Source of the DNA: Octopus bimaculoides
Taxonomy: Eukaryota
DNA length: 64,000 nt
Direction of reading: 5' to 3'
NCBI RefSeq assembly: GCF_001194135.2
Contig: NC_068992.1
Location: forward strand, 4,299,035-4,363,034
The notes under the pieces were generated by a model. That model did no database searches. It was not told the origin of the DNA and worked only from the letters and a program-made list of their open reading frames with translations. Each line of letters opens with the position of its first letter. The stretch's first letter is position 1. The position numbers were made by a program, and so were the translations under genes. Below are positions 13,537-26,100 of this stretch, piece after piece.

Positions 13537-14116
13537 AAGATGTGACGCCTGTGTGTAAAGTTCAAAAGCTTCTACTGTGGAAGTCTATGATCAAAGGCGT
13601 CCTAACCATCATTTCGTGCATTGCATATCTTGGATAAAATTTTCCTAAATGGGATATTGACATGTGTTCCAGGCATGAACAACCCAGTTTTTATATATCC
13701 AGGGACTGTTTTGTTCAATATGTCCCTGCTTTTTAAATGCATGTACAGCCGATCACTGATAAAATTGCCAAAGGTAATAACGAAATTGCTTGTTTAGCTG
13801 TCTTTCCATCACCTGAAGTGAAGACAAGCGCTGCATTTCATGATTTCTTACTGAAACAGGCAACACATATATGTGTGATGCATCGCTTTTGAACAGATAT
13901 AGTTTAAATAATTTTGACGTTATAGAAAATGTAAGTATTGGTGTTTCTCTATTAAGTTATTTAAAGTACGTAACAACTATAGTCTTTTCAACTGAATTGA
14001 ACGATGTCAGGGAAGTAACTCTCATCAATTCGTAATGCTTTTATCGCGATCATGCAGGCTACAGAGGTATCTGTATGCGTGTGTAAGTGTGTGTGTGTGT
14101 GTCGATCAATCAATCA

Positions 14117-14172
<56 letters not shown>

Positions 14173-14180
14173 GTCTGTCT

Positions 14181-15540
14181 ATGTTAGGGAATTTTCGGCC
14201 CATTACTCTGCTAAACACAAAGTTTAAGATTTTGGTCCGGGTGTTGGCGAAAAGGTTCGCACTTGTCGTCGGTAATGTGGCCAGGAAGCACAAACGTGCA
14301 CAATCACGAACAGGTCTACTATCCACAGCAACCTTCACTTTGTGCGATACAGTATAGAGAGATCTTGAACTTAAGCAGGCGTCAGTGGAGCTCCGGTCAG
14401 TTTTAAATCAGTCCAAAGCATTGGATAAAGTCAGCCATCGCCTACATCGTCTCCTCATCATTTATCGCCTGAGCGTCGCGCACTGCCTCGGTTACTGGTT
14501 AACCAGGCTGGAGTGTCTTTTATTTAATTTCTTGTGGAAGGGACGCACTCCGGTAATCAGGCAGTCAGGCTGCTGCCAGCCCCTCTGCGCCGCGGCTGAG
14601 GTCGTGGCTTATGATGAGCAGAAATGCGCACAAGTTGAGCCACCTGCAACGATTTCAGGACTTTGAACATGTTCGCGCTCCGATTGTGAGGCACACACCC
14701 TTGATAGTGCTGCAGTACTAGGTGAAATAAAAAGCGAAACTGGGCGCCTGGCATCTAGGGTTTTTTCAGGCACACATAACCCTCTACCAGTCGGACAATG
14801 GGATCTGTGTATGTTCAACTTTAGCAATATATAGATGATTAGTGGCAGCGAAGTGCGATGATGTTCACAAGGCCACTCTGGGCGTCGACAAAAACGAACA
14901 GGCTAGTCTGTTTCGGAGGAGTTTCCGGTCGGGGACTACCATGGATAATTTCCAGATGTCCTTGGCCAGGCAGTGCTACCGAGGGGTGTTACCGGCCCGA
15001 TATAAAATCTACAGCCGCGAATGTGGTGTTAGGTGTGTTTGTCCAAGTGCGCGCAGAATGATGAAACTTTTCCGCAGGCACTCGTTTGGAGTCCGGGCTT
15101 AGTAACTTGTATAGTTATGTCGAACAGTTACTGTCACGTGTGAGCCGAATCCCTCTATCCGCCGAGTCCATATTGATAACTTCCCCCCACCGTCTTCCTT
15201 TAATCAGGCAGGTAAGGCAGTTTTCTCTTGCCTGGGGGCTGTAGCGAAAGAGGTTATCTGGTGGACGAGGTTTAAAGGCACGAGGACAGAGACACCCCTC
15301 TTTGGTACAGCCCTCATTGGAAAGGAAAGTGAGAGTGGAGAGAGAGGTTCAGTCCTCGAGTGAGTTTATTGAAAGGGTGATGAAAGTTGCGAGAATGGCC
15401 AGTTTGGATGGTACCAATCTAAGAGTAGACTGGTGACTAAGAGAAAAGGAATTAGAGCGGGCACTTGCCCTTGGTGTTCAGATGGATCTTTGATGGTGGG
15501 GTTCCTCTATTGTTCAGGAGGACCACATCACTATCATCCT
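14181..15540 (+). mobile_element. Tx1/L1-clade LINE remnant (RT, zinc knuckle, C-terminus; heavily frameshifted)
   Basis: LGNFRPITLLNTKFKILVRVLAKRF; NQSKALDKVSH; LFNFLWKG; KCAQNDETFPQAL; FNQAGKAVFSCLGAVAKEVIWWTRFKG...RKVRVERE. Confidence 0.85.
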
Positions 15541-15941
15541 TTTATTACCTTCTTTCTATTTACTGTTACATACCTATGCCTCCCTACTATATTTTGTTGT
15601 ATACCGTATATATATATATATATATATATATNNNNNNNNNNNNNNNNNNNNNNNNNNNNNNNNNNNNNNNNNNNNNNNNNNNNNNNNNNNNNNNNNNNNN
15701 NNNNNNNNNNNNNNNNNNNNNNNNNNNNNNNNNNNNNNNNNNNNNNNNNNNNNNNNNNNNNNNNNNNNNNNNNNNNNNNNNNNNNNNNNNNNNNNNNNNN
15801 NNNNNNNNNNNNNNNNNNNNNNNNNACACATGTATATATATAATCTTTTTTATTTTTGTCATGTGTAAACCCTCAGACCTCCACACTATATATCTGTCTT
15901 TGTATTGTCATCTTCCGCCCTGGTGGCAAATAAAAGAAATC

Positions 15942-15944
<3 letters not shown>

Positions 15945-15985
<41 letters not shown>

Positions 15986-16119
15986 CATTAATATTATTAT
16001 TATTATTATTAGTTACATCATGATCATCACCACCATCACCACCACGACGACCACCACTACTACCATCATCATCAACATCACCATCACCATCATCACAACC
16101 ACCATCATCATCATCATCA

Positions 16120-16197
<78 letters not shown>

Positions 16198-16218
16198 TCG
16201 TCGTCGTCGTCGTCATCA
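15945..16218. repeat. Compound trinucleotide microsatellite (ATT)n-(CAT/CAC)n-(GTC)n
   Basis: Read directly from sequence. Confidence 0.95.
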
Positions 16219-16696
16219 TCCCCGCAATCGAAGCCAAGGGCTTATTTACGATCTATGTTATTACCCACAACATGTAACCATATTTCCAAACACAACTGAA
16301 TCTTTTATAACGTTCCATCTAGCAGAAGAAAAGAACGAACAATAAACAGAGCGAAGCCATTCTATATCACATCCCAGCGGAAGAGAAAAATAATCTTTCC
16401 CAAATAGAAAATATATTAAAGAATAATGAAGTATCATAATAGAGTCTCTACCATAAAACAAGTCAAATCCCGATCGGAATAAAAACAAAAGAAGATGAAC
16501 TCCATTCTTTATTTTACTGTTGCAATCATCTCCGGAGAAATCTGTTTCTACTGTAAACATACAATCAAAAGCTTAAACAAGAGATCTACAAAGCATTAAA
16601 GATCTACGAAGTATTAAAAACGGTATCAAAACCTTTAAGGCTTTTAAGAACTAAACAAACAGTTGGCATTCAATGTACAGAGAGAAATAAAGCAAT

Positions 16697-16750
<54 letters not shown>

Positions 16751-16935
16751 GCATATATATGTGTGTGTGTATATATATACACATACATACATATATATGT
16801 GTGTGTGTGTTTTATGCATATGTGTGTATATGTGTAAATATATAAATACGTATACATATATACATACACACACTCACACACATAAACAGACCACACGCAC
16901 AAACAGGTATAAATATATGCGTATATGTATGCATA

Positions 16936-16971
<36 letters not shown>

Positions 16972-17547
16972 TATNNNNNNNNNNNNNNNNNNNNNNNNNN
17001 NNNNNNNNNNNNNNNNNNNNNNNNNNNNNNNNNNNNNNNNNNNNNNNNNNNNNNNNNNNNNNNNNNNNNNNNNNNNNNNNNNNNNNNNNNNNNNNNNNNN
17101 NNNNNNNNNNNNNNNNNNNNNNNNNNNNNNNNNNNNNNNNNNNNNNNNNNNNNNNNNNNNNNNNNNNNNNNNNNNNNNNNNNNNNNNNNNNNNNNNNNNN
17201 NNNNNNNNATATATATATATATATATATATATATAGCTGTAAACATTTTTACATATGTATATATACATTGTTATTATTTGTATATTCTCCTATATATACA
17301 TATATATATATGTATGTCTGTATGTATGTATGTATACCGGTCTATGAGTAAACAAATTAATGAACCAGTAGCCACGATAAATTCTACGGTATAAGAGAAG
17401 AGCTTAGATATAACTTCAAAATATGTAAACATCATTGAAGAAAAGTTGGTGAATCCGGATGAAATAGGAATCTACTCTTCGGATCGTAAGCGAGGCTTTT
17501 GTAAGTAACATTCCTCAAAAATATTTTGTAAGTAACGTTCCCTTTCA

Positions 17548-18770
17548 AGACCGTACTCTTCACACAATCTCCAATGGTGTACATGCTTAGCTACGTTAGC
17601 ATGCTTCCTGTTGTATTCTTTTTGAGCCAATTTGCTACATTCACTCACGATACGTAAGACAGTTTAATTTTCGCTGCCTCGCATCCTACAAAAGGGCTAT
17701 TCGCTACTCTTACGAATTTGGAATTTGGCATAATTAATTGTCAGAGGTGGTTGCTCGTGGGAGTTGCCCGTCAATGCTTCAGTGCATCCGTTCAGATATG
17801 GTTTCCTTAACCACCTGCAGGTATTGTTCTTTTCTTTCCCTTCCATTTCTCTGAAGTATTGCCCATGCATCGCTTTCATTTCCACTTGTTGAATCTTTGT
17901 TTTCTATCTTATTTCTTGAACCCTTTCGGGTGCATCACATTTTCACTAGGCATCGTGTTGTTATTTCTTGCAGGAACAAAAGTTGTACCATTTCAGATTC
18001 TTTTCCTCATTCGTAACACAAATTTTGCAGCCTACGAGGACCTCTTCTTCCTTAGTCTCTAGTCACATACAGTCTATCGACAACGCTTTTAGGGTGCAGT
18101 TCCTTGTTCATTGTCATCACTTTCCTGGTTTTTCTATCCATTTCCTCAAGCTAGTTCTGTGTCCATCTAACAACACCTGAGTTATATCGTATTAAGGAGA
18201 CACCCCTTGTATTCATTGTCCTTATCACGTTCTTTCCATTGATTTTACTTATCATTATTCATTTGATTTTCCCAAGGTATTCTCGCCTAAAGCTTTCCTT
18301 CATCTCGTTCTCTTTAATCCTATATCCATCCACCTCAACGTCCTTAATTCTCTCGCCAATAGGATGTTCTACACTGCCAGGCGACAAACTTTTACCTGTA
18401 TTTCTTAATGATAAGAATACTACAATTTTTATTCCAAGTTCCATTTCGATATCTTTCCTGAATCTCTGCACTATTGAAACCAGACGATCTATCTTACATT
18501 TACTCTTACCGAACAGGTGTTTCAAATTTTCTCCACCTTTCAAGGCGTACCCTGATGTCACTTTCCGTAATATCTGCAATGGTGAGTGGCTGTCTTCCTG
18601 AAATATGTCTCTCCTGGTGTTAATCTCCACTAGAAATTCTCCACATGGTGTTAAGTCGGCTTCCAGTTCTTCATTGACCCCTGAAGAAATTCAAAATGTT
18701 GTCAGACACCTGGACCAACTGAAGATATTCTAAAATCCAGCAGTGGGGTCCCATGTCATAAGCCTTCTTC
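17548..18770 (-). mobile_element. R4/Dong-like LINE remnant (RT plus CCHC region), inactive
   Basis: KKAYDMGPHCWILE; RRDIFQEDSHSPL; INGKNVIRTMNTRGVSLIRY...MDRKTRKVMTMNKELHPKSVVDRLYV; AMHGQYFRE..WLRK; IVSECSKLAQKEYNRKHANVA. The catalytic YMDD segment is deleted and there are stops and frameshifts. Confidence 0.9.
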
Positions 18771-18901
18771 TTCTTCTTCTTCTTCTTCTTCTTCTTTTTC
18801 TTCTTCTTCTTCTTCTTCTTCTTCTTCTTCTTCTTCTTCTTCTTCTTCTTCTTCTTCTTCTTCTTCTTCTTCTTCTTCTTCTTCTTCTTCTTCTTCTTCT
18901 T
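18765..18901. repeat. (TTC)n array of about 46 units
   Basis: Read directly from sequence. Confidence 0.95.
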
Positions 18902-19578
18902 GTGGTCGATAAAGTAGGTACCAGTCAAATACTGGTATCAATATAATCGATTAGGCCTCTCACTGATCTTATTCATGTATTTCGGGCGAGTATAGCCAAG
19001 GCAAATAAATGAGAAGTTAATTAAACTGAACCAATTACGTTGAACTGAGTTGAACCCGCTGAACTATGCTTAGTTGAATTAAGTCCATAAAATATATTGC
19101 TAAGAATAAAGTTGTTATTTCATTACTGAAACCTCTAAAGCAGAGCTTTTAATTGAACATACAAAGGAATAATCTAGTAATAAAGTAGAATAAAGCTTAC
19201 AAAACCACTGATGGATGAACTGGTAAGTATGGAATTTATCTTCGTTTGAGATACAAGAAGTTCAAACAGTGATATACAAACGAACATCAAAATCAATCGT
19301 TTAGTGTTATAGGACAAATATATGGCAGTAAAAATAATCATATGTAAATATTGGAATAAGAAGAGAATTTCTGCTTTTCATTTTGAAAGGTTTAGTGTGG
19401 GGCATCGGCCAGGATTTGATTGGTGTTTATTTTATTCATCCCAGGACGGTTAAACAGAAAAGCAGACCATAGTAATCGTAACTAAATACCACAAATACTT
19501 CCTTACAGTACTCTAATGATCGCGTTATATAAAGTTGTGATGATGATGATGATGATGATGATTATAGCTCATCGATTT

Positions 19579-19872
19579 TTACTGGTTAATTTTTACTCCT
19601 ATCACTGCTTCGAAATCCTTGATGTGTTTGTTGTCCGACACGATTTCGGTGACGTCATTCGCATATGCTGACGCATCTATCCCAAATCCTAGTTCAAGTG
19701 CGATGACTTTCGAAACGTCGAACTTCTGCAGTCGGTGCTCTAGAGTTACTACACACAGAAGTGGGGAGAGGGAGAACCCTTGATTGGCAAAACACATGAT
19801 ACTGAAAAATTGCGAGGAATGGCCATTTACACTGACTACCGACGGAGCAGATGTACATTGCAAGTCATCCAA
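19579..19872 (-). mobile_element. Tx1/L1-clade RT fragment
   Basis: VSVNGHSSQFF...NQGFSLSPLLCVVTLE...SAYANDVTEIVS...EAVIGVKINQ: degenerate QG and YADD motifs. Confidence 0.8.
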
Positions 19873-20098
19873 CGTCTTATGGTAAGACTGAAGTTAACTG
19901 CCGTGAGAACAATCGCTAAATATTGATGGTTACCCATCGAAAGATTTCGACTAATCAAAATAGTATAGAAAGTATGTGTTTCAGAGGAGTTGACAGCAAA
20001 CCTTGAAACGGCTTGTAAGGAGACCTCTTCTATATTTTACTTTCCCTGCAGTATAATAGCATAGAAAGAATGTGTTTGCTTTATTATAACCGCTACAT

Positions 20099-20318
20099 AA
20101 GGTGGCAAGTTGGCAAAATTGTTAGCACGCTGGACGAAATGCTTAGCGGTACTTCACCCGTCGCTCCGTTCTGAGTTCAAGTTCCACCGAGGTCGACTTT
20201 ACCTTTCATCCATTCCGGGTCGATAAAATAAGTATCAGTTGAACATCGGGGTCGATGGAATCGACTCATCCCATCCCCCCAAATTGCTACCCTTGTGGTA
20301 AAATTTGAAACCATTATT
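20099..20318 (+). mobile_element. SINE family A, full length (tail type 2)
   Basis: Head, B-box GAGTTCAAGTTCC, core and tail CCTTGTGGTAAAATTTGAAACC are all present. Confidence 0.9.
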
Positions 20319-21125
20319 GTAACCTCCACACGAATGCTTTTTAACACATACAGACACATACGCGCGAACACACCCTCACACACACATACATACAGATATG
20401 CATTAATACATGTATATCTATGTGTGTGAATATTTGTATCCGTGTCTATCTTCATGCTTACACCGCTTAATTGACGGTACTTATAGTTTAAGTCTCATAA
20501 TGTAGTGGTTCGCCAAACAGATACCAACAAAATAAGTATCAGCCATAGAAATATTGTACTGAGGTTTATAAGATCAGTTTTAAACAGTTTTAAATTCAAT
20601 GACTGAAACCAGCCAAAGAATATTTGAAATCAATTCAGAATAATGCGAAAATGCAATAATGTAACTACTTGAAAATATATTGTTTAACTGTGACAGCGCT
20701 TAATAAATAATAGGAGAAACATCGAGAAGAGCGTTTAAAGAATTTGTGGTTTTCGTATAATTTCTAAATTTCCAGCGTACAGAAATGTTTTTCTCTGTGA
20801 ACTCTGCAATCTTAATTATCGGTTTCTCGTTTGTCATTGATGCTAGAATTTTAACCTGGAATTACACTGCAGGTTACCAAAATAATACAAATATCTTGCC
20901 ACTGTTACAGAGCAGTGGTAACTTTGAGCATCGATGCGTTGTCGTACCTTGCAATATCTATTGTGTCTTAAGTGGACTGGATCATATCACGCTTATGCGA
21001 CTTGACATATGTCAAATCACAGTGTTGGCATGCGAATTTTGACTGGTTGATCAGTACTCTATTCATACAACGATACGAAATCTCTCTTAGGAACAAATGT
21101 GGAGAAAAGTGAGAGGCGAAAAGAA

Positions 21126-21415
21126 CGAGGTCTTCAATTGTTCAACTGCTTACCTGAAGAAATCAGAAACATAAAGGAAAGTTCTGTGAAACATTAAAGA
21201 AAAAAAAAATTGGATAAACTCCTAACGACGACACCGAACCAGTCAAGCATTCAAGGATGCACTCAGAGAAGATCAACTGCTACAAACTCAATCGTAGACC
21301 AACTTTCTGCTATAAAGCGACGGCAAAACCAAGAGGAAATAAGCTAAGGTGGTGCTGCAGCATGGCCGCAGTCCTACGACTGAAACGAGTGAACGAATAA
21401 AAGAAAAGAATAGAA
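21126..21415 (+). mobile_element. CR1-like LINE 3' end: ORF2 C-terminus plus 3' UTR
   Basis: One frame with one internal stop: RGLQLFNCLPEEIRNIKESSVKH*RKKKLDKLLTTTPNQ...RSTATNSIVDQ...IS* (TAA at 21345-21347), then a tail GGTGGTGCTGCAGCATGGCCGCAGTC...ACTGAAACGAG. Confidence 0.75.
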
Positions 21416-23935
21416 CGATATCTTAAGAAATATATTTTTCTGTTAAATTAATGTTTAGGTCGTAGGTCTCACATAGACTGCTATCTTTATACTACTAACT
21501 TAGCAAGGATCCTTTAGGTGGTGTACTTGATCAAACTGCTAGAAACAGCAACCATGTCTATTTGACTTAATAACGATAAAGCCACATATATTATCTGTGA
21601 TATAATGGTAATTTGGATGAAAGAATAAAGATGCATTGCCACGACTGGAAGGCTTTTTATTATAGTTCTGTTCGATAGACGCTGATTTGGGGCTTAACAT
21701 TAACAATAGTATTATTATCCTCCATGTGTAAAACGAAGACCTTACTTTTAGCAATATAAGATCTTCAGTAATGACAATTTGTCCTGAAAAGAAATTTCTG
21801 TTTCCTGAAAGAGGCAGGTTCTATTTACAACTAGTAACTCTGACTGACTCGATTCAAAGTTATTCTCAAAAATTACGGGACTGAGGTGGCTTTTGTGAAT
21901 TTCGAAAAATAAAATAAAATAAAGAACAAAATGCTAAGATGATTAGATCTAAATGCCACTTATACGGGGCACGCAATCATCTGAACATCACATTAGGGTA
22001 TTTTCTATCGGGGATATGAAGTTTAATGCATACCATCAATGCATTTAACAGCTAAAATGATTTTTAAAGGGAAACTAATTGAAAAAAATAAACAAAATAA
22101 AGAAAGCAATGGTGGTATTGATGATACCACTGCACAATAAGCTGATGGAAAGTAGTATAAATCTGATTCTAAACGTCACTTTTGTGGATATAAGCACGAA
22201 CAATCGCTATGTCCTGTATTCGGTATAACTTGTATTAAATGTGATAAGAGAAATCACTTTCAGGTAACTGAAAGCGAAGTAACTGTAATACCTTAGAATT
22301 CCTAAATGATTTTTTTAAAAAAAAGCTAAAAACACCCACGAAACTACAAAATATTTGAGAAGTCAAACGAAAAAAAATTTGATGGATTACTCATTGAAAT
22401 TTTGGGAAAATTGATGCATTAATGGAAATTGATAAGAGAATAGATGTTGTGTTAATGTTAGTGAATGTAAAAAATAAATAAAAAATTACTCAGGGTTTGC
22501 TTTGTATGAATGTCATGAACGCTGTTAGTCCAAAATTTATTCATGAGAATGACATTGCAGGAGAATTTGAGAGATTAAGGAGGTTTTTAAGGCTAACTTT
22601 CTCCTCAAAAGAACTATCAGTCTATGGTATTTCGAAGCAAGACCATTAGTAATAGACAATGAGCGCAGAAACATAAAGGATTTGAGGAGACTTAATTTAT
22701 GAATGCTTTTTCGAAAATGTTCCTCTGGATAGAAAATACCTGCTGAAAGAAACATTATATAGAATCAGTAGACGGCACGATAAAGACAATATATCAAGTT
22801 ACATATACACAACGAACCAATTATTTTACAACCAGGAGTAAAGGAAACGCTACAGTGTTTACCATATACAATTAATCTTTCAAAGCCCCCCCCCCCCCAA
22901 AAGGAAAACGCAAGCCCACAACAGTACATGTATGGTGGCAAACCACTCGTCTATGAGTGGTTTAGAAAGTTAAGATCATGTCATTGCATGTGATAGAAGA
23001 AAACATTGTGTCTTGCCTTCATGTAAAGAAATAGAAGATTTAAGCTCTTAAGCTTATTTCTGCATTTGTCGCCTTTTAATTGCAAAATTTGGAGTGATAA
23101 GAATTTTACTATTTCAAATTTTACCTAAAACTTGGTCCTAAATATGAATTACACTTTTAAGAGAGGTAAAGGTGCTTCATTCTTAAGAGGAAATATGCAT
23201 TCTTCCAGATTTTAAAATTCTGTATTACTCCACTTCTTCACTGCCTAGGAGACTCAGGCACTTATATTTGCATGTGACTTACAGGAATGGCTTTAATCCA
23301 ATGCACACCGAACAGGGAAGTCATTACACAATCTTTATTCTTTCTTTTTATTCATTGCTACATTATAGATCAATGCGTACCGTCTGGTGTATCAAGAGCA
23401 CGTGAATTTCTAAGCAGCGATGCGAGATAAGGCATTAACTGAATATGGGACGACTGTCGTGCTGAAGATGGTTATAGAGGCAGAAAGACGTATCCACGAG
23501 TGTCGTCCAATCTCCAGATATTAAGCCTGTCCTTTTCCTGAATGACAAATTTGGAGAATTCTTGATTATTGATATTATCGCCCCTTCTGATATTGCGCTA
23601 TGCTTAATTGCCATTTGTAATTATAACATAGCCTCTAGAGGCAAAGGTTATTTTAATTTTCTCTGTTAATTGTCTCCCTTGACTTCGGTTCACCTTCTTT
23701 CTTACAGAATCTATAAACCGGACCGAATGCGACACTTCTAAACTTTCATACAGTAACATAAAACAGTTACCACTTTCTCCACTCATTCTGTCTCCGAGGA
23801 GCGCTTTTAGTGGATAGTTGTCCGCTTAAGTAATATCTGACGCGAAACTATTAGACTGTAGACTGTGATTCATTTACCACTCTCTTGAGAAATATAGGAG
23901 AACCTACTTTTGCTGACTTATGAATACTCAAACAG

Positions 23936-23968
<33 letters not shown>

Positions 23969-24048
23969 TGTATGTATGTATGTATGTATGTATGCATGTA
24001 TGTATGTATATACATATGTATGTATATGTACATATGTATATATGTTTG

Positions 24049-24123
<75 letters not shown>

Positions 24124-24286
24124 GTATGTATGTATGTGTATGTATATGTATATATATATACGTATATGTGTATATATATTCGTATGTATGTATATGTAAG
24201 TATATATATGTATGTGTATGTACATATATATATATGTATGTATATGTATATATATGTGTATGTACGTATGTGTATGTATAAATATG

Positions 24287-24323
<37 letters not shown>

Positions 24324-25719
24324 ATGTATGTATGTGTATGTGTGTGTCTCAGTGTGTTTGTAAGTGTGAGCTTCTGTGCACGTCTCTGTGTGTGTGTGTG
24401 CGTGCGTGTGTGTGATTTTGCGTTTGACGAAACCGCAAGGAGGCTCCTTTGCTGACCGGTTACAGAGTACGTAAAATTATTGATGCCACTCTTTCGTTAA
24501 GACGTTGTAAACATCTCCATCATTAATTTGCTGACACTGTGATGTAGATTGACTTGAGATAGGAGATATACCTTGCATCACTATTTCACTTATGTTTCGT
24601 TTAGTTTTATCTTTTGAACACATTTACGCCTTCAGCAAAATAGCTAATGTTTGCTTGTCTGAGAAACTTAAAAGTTCTCTTGAGAGCCTTTAGTATAACA
24701 GGAGGTCTACATATGTTGTTACAAATACGAATATGTAGATGAACAGACACACGCCCGCACACACATACGTTCTCGCTCTCTCTATCTCTCAGACTCACAT
24801 ACACACACGCACACAAGCTTCCAGACGCATCATAGAACCAGATAGACTCATACATACACTTACAACACATAGACACAAACATACACCCACATATACATAT
24901 ATAGATAATCATCAATATCATATATAGATAAAGTCTCATATATACGTACATTAACATACACACACGCACACATACAACATACATACATTCATATATGTAT
25001 GTATGTATGTATGTATGAATGTGTATGTGTATTTATATTCGAGATCGNNNNNNNNNNNNNNNNNNNNNNNNNNNNNNNNNNNNNNNNNNNNNNNNNNNNN
25101 NNNNNNNNNNNNNNNNNNNNNNNNNNNNNNNNNNNNNNNNNNNNNNNNNNNNNNNNNNNNNNNNNNNNNNNNNNNNNNNNNNNNNNNNNNNNNNNNNNNN
25201 NNNNNNNNNNNNNNNNNNNNNNNNNNNNNNNNNNNNNNNNNNNNNNNNNNNNNNNNNNNNNNNNNNNNNNNNNNNNNNNNNNNNNNNNNNNNNNNNNNNN
25301 NNNNNNNNNNNNNNNNNNNNNNNNNNNNNNNNNNNNNNNNNNNNNNNNNNNNNNNNNNNNNNNNNNNNNNNNNNNNNNNNNNNNNNNNNNNNNNNNNNNN
25401 NNNNNNNNNNNNNNNNNNNNNNNNNNNNNNNNNNNNNNNNNNNNNNNNNNNNNNNNNNNNNNNNNNNNNNNNNNNNNNNNNNNGCGCCTCTGTGTGTGTA
25501 TACATGTATGTATATGTGTGTATATATTGGTTTCAGGCAGGGAATATGGCTATGCAGAGGCCCCGTGTTAATGCTTGTTCGTTTTGAACTCATTATCTGT
25601 CTCTATCTCCGAAATCGGTCCTGGTGGAGTAATGAGTTGGAAAAAAACAAAAAGAAAAAAAAAAAAAACTGCCCTTCATTGCATCTTTTTTTTTTTTTTT
25701 CGCTGCGATATGAGTTCAG

Positions 25720-26100
25720 AAACATTTGTCTGAGTGTTCTTTGTACACATCCATGTTTTATCCTCGAAAGTATGTGAGGCCTTTTGGCAAGGTAACGAAA
25801 AGTTGTGACAATAAGCTGCTACAGTATTGATTCGCTAATCTGAACGACAAAAAACTGGGATGTTTAGTATTATGCATTGGTGTCTAGTTCTGTGAAGGTG
25901 GAGCACTCAACTCTGAGTGCTATACCTTTCAAGATCTTCCACACAGATAGTACTGCATATCCTTCGTTTCTTCTCCCAAGAGAGTAGATCCTACTTCTTT
26001 TAGTGTCTCCCAATAGCTCATCTGTGGTACTGAAGCAATCTTTGTGGAATAGTGGTGTTGGATTGCTTCGATTTCTCTGGTTTGTTCGACGCTTTGTGGC
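25720..26100 (-). mobile_element. CR1-like LINE ORF2 fragment
   Basis: EIEAIQHHYSTKIASVPQMSYWETLKE / YSLGRRNEGYAVLSVWKILKG / NQYCSSL..LFVTLPK: the SYxERL..L.YSLERRR..Y...WKI pattern of CR1-group ORF2. Confidence 0.75.

Noticed and set aside
20785-21042. ORF starting MFFSVNSAILIIGFSFVIDA (signal-peptide-like)
   Set aside because: No recognisable mature domain or good donor; hydrophobicity is expected from T-rich sequence.
22940-22963. Perfect 9-bp hairpin AAACCACTC/GAGTGGTTT
   Set aside because: Several such stems are expected by chance in this much AT-rich DNA, and there is no CTAG terminus or other support.
23388-23820. Exon-like segments (minus 23388-23545; plus from acceptor 23707)
   Set aside because: The minus segment has stops in all frames; the plus segment gives a short unrecognisable peptide with no partner exons.
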